Positions 58,508 through 64,000 of a DNA stretch of 64,000 bases are shown in pieces. Under the pieces are notes generated by a model. The model was not told the origin of the DNA, made no database searches, and worked only from the letters and a program-made list of their open reading frames with translations. This stretch comes from an uncultured Actinomycetes bacterium (GTDB lineage: Bacteria; Actinomycetota; Thermoleophilia; UBA2241): assembly GCA_963767005.1 (NCBI GenBank), contig CAVYCN010000002.1:1-64000 (forward strand), read 5' to 3'. Position numbers and translations under genes: made by a program. Position 1 is the first letter of the stretch; each line of letters starts with the position of its first letter.

Positions 58508-58526
58508 CAGCCAGCCGGAGGACCGT

Positions 58527-59480
58527 GTGAAGATCGCAGACGACATCACCCAGTTGATCGGCGCTACGCCGCTCGTGCACCTGCGCGCCCTCTCGGAGCG
58601 CAGCGGCGCCACCATCGTCGGCAAGCTCGAGTCGTTCAACCCGGGTGGCAGCGTCAAGGACCGCATCGGCCTGTCGATGATCGAGGCGGCCGAGCGCGCC
58701 GGCATGATCGCGCCGGGTCGCACGACGATCGTCGAGCCGACCAGCGGCAACGCCGGCATCGCCCTGGCCATGGTCACCGCCGCGCGCGGGTATCGCCTGA
58801 TCATCACCATGCCGGAGACCTTCAGCGTCGAACGTCGTACGCTGCTACGCGCGTACGGTGCCAAGCTCGTGCTCACGCCCGGTCCCGAGGGCATGCGCGG
58901 CGCGATCGAGCGCGCCGCCGAGGTCGTCGCCGAGACGCCCGACAGCTTCATGCCGCAGCAGTTCGAGAACCCGGCCAACCCCGCGATCCACCACGACGCG
59001 ACCGGCGACGAGATCTGGCGCGACACCGAGGGCGCCGTCGACGTCTTCGTGGCCGGCATCGGCACCGGCGGCACCATCACCGGCGTGGGTCGGCTCCTCA
59101 AGGAGCGCAAGCCCGCGGTCAGGGTCGTAGGGGTCGAACCCATCGAGTCGACCGTCCTGGCCGGAGGGCAGCCGGGGCCGCACCGCATCCAGGGTATCGG
59201 CGCCGGCTTCGTGCCCGCCGTGCTCGACACCGCGGTCTACGACGAGGTGCTCGCCGTGACCGGCGAGCAGGCGTTCGAGACGGCGCGCGCCCTGGCGGCC
59301 GGCGAGGGCCTCCTCGTCGGCATCTCTGCCGGCGCGAACGCGTTCGTCGCCGCCGAGGTCGGTGCCCGACCGGAGAACGCGGGCAAGCTCATCGTCACCA
59401 TCCTGTGCGACACCGGCGAGCGCTACCTGTCGACCACCCTGTTCGCCGAGCAGAGCGCCTCGGCGATGATCGGCGGCTGA
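58527..59480 (+). CDS. cysK: Cysteine synthase A
   Basis: [50 protein letters not shown]. Confidence 0.96.
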   Translation: MKIADDITQLIGATPLVHLRALSERSGATIVGKLESFNPGGSVKDRIGLSMIEAAERAGMIAPGRTTIVEPTSGNAGIALAMVTAARGYRLIITMPETFSVERRTLLRAYGAKLVLTPGPEGMRGAIERAAEVVAETPDSFMPQQFENPANPAIHHDATGDEIWRDTEGAVDVFVAGIGTGGTITGVGRLLKERKPAVRVVGVEPIESTVLAGGQPGPHRIQGIGAGFVPAVLDTAVYDEVLAVTGEQAFETARALAAGEGLLVGISAGANAFVAAEVGARPENAGKLIVTILCDTGERYLSTTLFAEQSASAMIGG

Positions 59481-60355
59481 TGGCCGACGCCGTGCACGAA
59501 GGCGCCGTGGGCGCCTCGCTGATCGCCGCCGTCGGCGCGCTGCTCGAGCCGCTCGAGCGGGCGCTGCGGCCGCTCGAGCACGTCTGCGTCGCCTTCTCCG
59601 GCGGCGTCGACTCGAGCGTCGTGCTGGCGGTCGCCGTGCGCGTGCTCGGAGCGTCGCGGGTGCTCGCCTTTACGGCCGTGTCCGAGACCTACCGCGACGA
59701 CGAGCTCGTGGCGGCCCGCGCCCTCGCGGACTCGCTCGGCGTGCGTCACCTCACCTGGCAGACCCGCGAGCTCGACGACCCGCGCTTCGTGGCCAACACG
59801 CGCGATCGCTGCTACGCGTGCAAGGCGACGCTGCTCGAGGCCATGGAGCGGGCGGCGGCCGAGGCCGGTGCGACCGCCCTGGTCGACGGCGCCAACCGCG
59901 ACGACCTGGGCGACGAGCGCCCCGGCATGCGGGCCGCCGCCGAGCGCGGCGTACGGCACCCGCTGATCGAGGCCGGGCTCGGCAAGGCGGCCGTGCGCAC
60001 CCTCGCCCGTGCCCTCGACCTGCCGGTCTGGAGCAAGCCCGCCGAAGCCTGTCTGGCCTCGCGCGTCGCGTATGGCGAGGCCGTCACGGCCGACAAGCTG
60101 CGTCAGGTGGCGGCGGCCGAGGACGTGCTGCGCGAGCTCGGTCTGGGCCCTGAGCTGCGCGTCCGTCACCACGGCGACGTCGCCCGTGTCGAGGTGCCGG
60201 CCGAGCAGGTCGAGCGCGCCGCCGGCGCCGAGGTGCGGACGGCCGTCGACCGCCGCCTGCGGGCGCTCGGCTTCACGTACGTCGCCCTCGACCTGCAGGG
60301 CTTTCGCTCGGGCAGCATGAACGAAGCCCCACGACCCGAAAGGAGCGCCCCGTGA
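59480..60355 (+). CDS. larE: ATP-dependent sulfur transferase LarE, [4Fe-4S]-type Cys pattern
   Basis: PP-loop AFSGGVDS, RCYACK, DG.N.DD....RPG..A, KP..ACLASR, RVR.H, GFRSGSMN. Confidence 0.92.
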   Translation: MADAVHEGAVGASLIAAVGALLEPLERALRPLEHVCVAFSGGVDSSVVLAVAVRVLGASRVLAFTAVSETYRDDELVAARALADSLGVRHLTWQTRELDDPRFVANTRDRCYACKATLLEAMERAAAEAGATALVDGANRDDLGDERPGMRAAAERGVRHPLIEAGLGKAAVRTLARALDLPVWSKPAEACLASRVAYGEAVTADKLRQVAAAEDVLRELGLGPELRVRHHGDVARVEVPAEQVERAAGAEVRTAVDRRLRALGFTYVALDLQGFRSGSMNEAPRPERSAP

Positions 60356-61155
60356 ACCGCCCGCTCGCCACGATGGCCGATGCCGCCGAGGGCGCGTGGT
60401 GCGCCGTGCGGGGCGGCCGGCTGCGGCACTTCGTGGCGCGCATGCGCCGCGACGTGCAGGCCGTCAAGGAGCGCGATCCGGCGGCCACCAGTTCGTTCGA
60501 GATCGTCACCTCGTACTCGGGTCTGCACGCCCTCTGGCTGCACCGCGTCGCCCATCCTCTGTACCGCTGCGGTGTGCCGATCGTGCCGCGCTGGCTCTCG
60601 CAGTTCAACCGGTTCCTGACCGGCATCGAGATCCACCCCGGGGCGCAGGTCGGCGAGGGCTTCTTCATCGACCACGGCTCGGGTGTCGTGATCGGCGAGA
60701 CCACCGAGATCGGCGACAACGTCACCCTCTACCAGGGCGTCACCCTCGGCGGCACAGGCAAGGAGCACGGCAAGCGCCACCCCACGCTCGGCGACAACAT
60801 CGTGGTGGGCTCGGGAGCGAGCGTGCTCGGCTCGATCAGGATCGGCGACAACGCCAAGATCGGCTCGGGCAGCGTGGTCGTGCACGACGTGCCGGCCAAC
60901 GCCACCGTGGTCGGCAACCCGGGTCACCCGGTGGTGGTCGACGGTCAGCGCGTCGGCATCCCCGACATCGACTACACCCACCTGCCCGACCCGGTGGCCG
61001 AGGCGCTCAAGTGCGTCGTCGATCGCATCATCGCCCTCGAGCAGGAGCTCGACGAGATCGACCCGGCGCGCAAGGATCGCCGCCGCTCGCGCATTGCCGT
61101 CAACCAGGCGACCCTCGACCGCCTGCTGCACTTCAGCGACGGGGCCGGGATCTAG
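60352..61155 (+). CDS. cysE: Serine O-acetyltransferase
   Basis: RDPAA, GLHA...HR.AH, TGIEIHPGA, FIDHG.GVVIGET, TLGGTG...KRHPT. Confidence 0.95.
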   Translation: MNRPLATMADAAEGAWCAVRGGRLRHFVARMRRDVQAVKERDPAATSSFEIVTSYSGLHALWLHRVAHPLYRCGVPIVPRWLSQFNRFLTGIEIHPGAQVGEGFFIDHGSGVVIGETTEIGDNVTLYQGVTLGGTGKEHGKRHPTLGDNIVVGSGASVLGSIRIGDNAKIGSGSVVVHDVPANATVVGNPGHPVVVDGQRVGIPDIDYTHLPDPVAEALKCVVDRIIALEQELDEIDPARKDRRRSRIAVNQATLDRLLHFSDGAGI

Positions 61156-61242
61156 CCGGCGCACCCGCCGCGCGCCGGCCGGGGGCCGTGGTGGGTATGC
61201 TACTATCGCCGCATCAGCAAGCAGAGGGAGAGTGACCTCGCC

Positions 61243-61551
61243 GTGAGCCACGTCCGACGTCTTGTCCTCGACGTCCTCAAACCCCACATGCCGACCATGC
61301 TCAACCTGGCCGACAAGCTCGGCGACCTCGAAGGCATCGCCGGCGTCGACATCACGCTCTTCGAGATCGACAACAAGGTCGAGAACATCAAGATTACCCT
61401 CGAGGGCAGCGACATCGACTACCAGGAGGTCGCCGAGGTCATCCAGGATTCCGGCGGCAGCATCCACTCCATCGACAAGGTGTCCACCGGCCGCCAGCTC
61501 ATCGACGAGGCCGAGACACCTCAGGACGCCGGCGCCCGCTGGATGCGGTGA
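61243..61551 (+). CDS. DUF211 family protein
   Basis: RRLVLDVLKPH.P, GV.I...EID, KIT.EG..IDY, GGSIHSID.V..G. Confidence 0.88.
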   Translation: MSHVRRLVLDVLKPHMPTMLNLADKLGDLEGIAGVDITLFEIDNKVENIKITLEGSDIDYQEVAEVIQDSGGSIHSIDKVSTGRQLIDEAETPQDAGARWMR

Positions 61552-61573
61552 CCGCCGCCTCGTCGCGTAGCAG

Positions 61574-62194
61574 GTGAGCCCCATGACGGCCTCCGGTCCG
61601 GCGGGCTGGCTGCGCCGCACGGTCGCCACCCTGCGCCACTACCACCACCTCGCCGAGGTGGGCGAGATCGCCCGCCGCTACTTCGCCATGAACGCCTTCG
61701 ACGGCGTGCTCACGACGCTCGGCGTGCTGGTCGGCAGCTCCATCGCCCACGTGCGCTCGGCCCACCAGGTCATCGCCGTCGGGCTGGGCGCAGCCGTGGC
61801 GATGGGCGTCTCGGGCTTCTACGGCTCGTACCTGATCGAGCGCGCCGAGCGCGACCGCTCGTTGCGCGAGCTCGAGGACGTCACCCTCTCGAGCCTAGAG
61901 GACTCCGATATCGCGGCGGCCTCGACCTATGCCACCATCGTCATCGCTCTGGTCGACGGCGTGTCGCCCTTCCTCGCCGCGCTGCTCGTGCTGCTGCCGT
62001 TCCTCGGCGGCTTCATGGGCATCCACGCCGCCTACGTGACCGGCGTCGCGATCGCCTTCGTCGAGCTCTTCCTGCTCGGGCTGTTCCTGGGCCGCGTGTC
62101 GCGCCAGCGTCTCGTGTGGTCGGGCGTCAAGCTCGCCGTGGCCGGCGTGCTGTGCATCGCCCTGAGCGCCCTGCTCGACTACGGCCTGCGGTGA
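61574..62194 (+). CDS. VIT1/CCC1 family membrane protein
   Basis: RRYF..N.FDG.LT.LG, AMG.SG..G.Y..ERAE, LF.LG..LG. Confidence 0.82.
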   Translation: MSPMTASGPAGWLRRTVATLRHYHHLAEVGEIARRYFAMNAFDGVLTTLGVLVGSSIAHVRSAHQVIAVGLGAAVAMGVSGFYGSYLIERAERDRSLRELEDVTLSSLEDSDIAAASTYATIVIALVDGVSPFLAALLVLLPFLGGFMGIHAAYVTGVAIAFVELFLLGLFLGRVSRQRLVWSGVKLAVAGVLCIALSALLDYGLR

Positions 62195-62201
62195 GCCGCC
62201 G

Positions 62202-64000
62202 ATGAGCGGCACCGATCGCGAGGCGCGCGCGGCGCGCTCGGCCGTGGCCGAGGCGCTCCTGCGTGGCCTGAACGAGCCGCAGCGCGAGGCCGTCGAGCAT
62301 TTCGAGGGGCCGCTCCTCATCCTGGCCGGCGCCGGCTCGGGCAAGACGCGCGTGCTCGCCCACCGTGTCGCCTACCTCATCAAGGTGCGCCGCGTGCGTC
62401 CCGACGAGGTACTCGCCATCACCTTCACGAACAAGGCGGCGGGCGAGATGCGCGAGCGCATCGGCGCCCTGGTCGGCCCGATGGTGCGCGTCATGTGGGT
62501 GTCGACCTTCCACTCCATGTGCGCCCGCATCCTGCGGCGCGAGGCCGAACGGCTCGGCTACCGGCCGGGCTTTTCGATCTACGACGCGGACGACGCCAAG
62601 CGCCTGGTCAAGCGCTGCCTGGCCGAGCTCGACCTCGACGACAAGCGCTTCACGCCCGACGCCGTGGCCCGGGTCATCTCCGACGCCAAGAACCGCCTGC
62701 AGGACCCGGTCGCCTTCCGCGAGCAGCTCGGCCGCGGCCATTTCAACCGCGCGACGGCCGATGTCTACGAGCTCTACGAGAAGAAGCTCGTGGAGATGAG
62801 CGCCATGGACTTCGACGACCTGCTCATGAAGATGGTGAACCTGCTCGAGATCTGTCCCGACCGCCTCGAACACTATCGCCGCACGTTCCGCTTCATCACG
62901 GTCGACGAGTATCAGGACACGAACCACGCTCAGTACCGCATCGCCAACCTTCTGGCCGGCGAGCGCGGCAACCTGGCGGTCGTCGGCGACGACGACCAGT
63001 CGATCTACTCGTGGCGCGGCGCCGACATCCGCAACATCCTCGAGTTCGAGCGCGACCACCCCGACGCCAAGGTGATCCGCCTCGAGCAGAACTACCGCTC
63101 GACGACGAGCATCCTCGACGTGGCCAACGCCGTGGTGTCGAACAACCGCCGGCGCAAGGGCAAGCGGCTGTGGACCGCGCGCGGCACCGGCCGGCCGGTG
63201 CGCGTGGCCGAGGTCGCCGACGAGCACGCCGAGGCGCGTTTCGTGGCAAGCGAGGTGCGCCGCGTGCTCGACGAGGGCGTCGGGGGCGAGGGGCAGGGCG
63301 ACGCCCTGCCCCTCGCCCCGCGCGACATCGCCGTGCTCTACCGCACGAACGCCCAGTCGCGCGTGCTCGAGGAGGAGTTCGGGCGCTACGCGATCGCCTA
63401 CCAGGTCATCGGCGGCACCCGCTTCTACGAGCGCGCCGAGGTGAAGGACGCGCTCGCCTACCTCGCCGTGGTCGCCAACCCGGCCGACGAGCAGCGGTTG
63501 CTGCGCATCGTGAACACGCCGCGCCGCGGCCTGGGCCAGACGACGATGGCGCGCCTGCAGAACGAGGCCCTGACGACGGGAGAGACCCTGTGGAGCGTGA
63601 TCGAGCGCGCCGACGACGTGCCGGGGCTGACGGCGGCCGCGCAGGTCTCGCTCGCGTCGCTGCGCGCGCTGATCGACACCTGGCGCGCGCTCTCGCCGCA
63701 GCTCACCTCGGTGGCCGCCTTCGTGCGCCGCGTGCTCGACGAGAGCGGCTACTCGGCCATGCTCGCGGCTCAGAACACGCTCGAGGCCGAGGGTCGCGTC
63801 GAGAACCTCGAGGAGCTCGTCGGCGTGGCGGCCGAATACGACCAGCGCACCGAGGAGCGCACGCTCGACGGCTTTCTGCAGGAGATCTCGCTGTACTCCG
63901 ACGTCGACGCCATGGCCGACACCAGCGAGCTCATCACCTTCATGACGCTGCACAACGCCAAGGGCCTCGAGTTTCCCGTCGTGTTCATCACCGGCATGGA
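62202..64000 (+). CDS. pcrA: ATP-dependent DNA helicase PcrA/UvrD (3'-truncated by the window edge)
   Basis: LN..Q..AV, AGAGSGKTR, TFTNKAA.EM, DEYQDTN, VGDDDQSIY.WRGA, LEQNYRST, LYRTNAQSR, MTLH.AKGLEFP. Confidence 0.96.
   Translation, partial: MSGTDREARAARSAVAEALLRGLNEPQREAVEHFEGPLLILAGAGSGKTRVLAHRVAYLIKVRRVRPDEVLAITFTNKAAGEMRERIGALVGPMVRVMWVSTFHSMCARILRREAERLGYRPGFSIYDADDAKRLVKRCLAELDLDDKRFTPDAVARVISDAKNRLQDPVAFREQLGRGHFNRATADVYELYEKKLVEMSAMDFDDLLMKMVNLLEICPDRLEHYRRTFRFITVDEYQDTNHAQYRIANLLAGERGNLAVVGDDDQSIYSWRGADIRNILEFERDHPDAKVIRLEQNYRSTTSILDVANAVVSNNRRRKGKRLWTARGTGRPVRVAEVADEHAEARFVASEVRRVLDEGVGGEGQGDALPLAPRDIAVLYRTNAQSRVLEEEFGRYAIAYQVIGGTRFYERAEVKDALAYLAVVANPADEQRLLRIVNTPRRGLGQTTMARLQNEALTTGETLWSVIERADDVPGLTAAAQVSLASLRALIDTWRALSPQLTSVAAFVRRVLDESGYSAMLAAQNTLEAEGRVENLEELVGVAAEYDQRTEERTLDGFLQEISLYSDVDAMADTSELITFMTLHNAKGLEFPVVFITGM

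Overview
A very GC-rich bacterial chromosomal segment, probably Actinomycetota and perhaps Thermoleophilia-like (inferred from the rRNA, tmRNA and gene content; not verified). It starts with the 3' end of an rrn operon (23S, 5S, terminator) and contains tmRNA and about 45 densely packed CDS, ending in a truncated pcrA/uvrD. I see no CRISPR array, integrase, transposase or phage genes. The main theme is amine and amino-acid metabolism. There are four pyrrolysine-free MttB-superfamily methyltransferases in two tandem pairs. The second pair lies in an operon headed by an ornithine-racemase-like fold-III PLP enzyme. That operon is divergent, across overlapping -10 boxes, from a decarboxylase that looks more like D-ornithine/D-lysine decarboxylase than canonical LysA. 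It continues with a GNAT, a fused PafBC-like double-WYL regulator and a LarA-family racemase. Two genes of the operon lack any canonical start where homology begins, and both have an SD followed by ACG. Other oddities are a DegT-family protein lacking the PLP lysine, a [4Fe-4S]-type larE embedded in an IscR-like/cysK/cysE operon, an orphan iscX, and several unexplained structured leaders. All family calls come from motif recognition by eye; no database searches were run.
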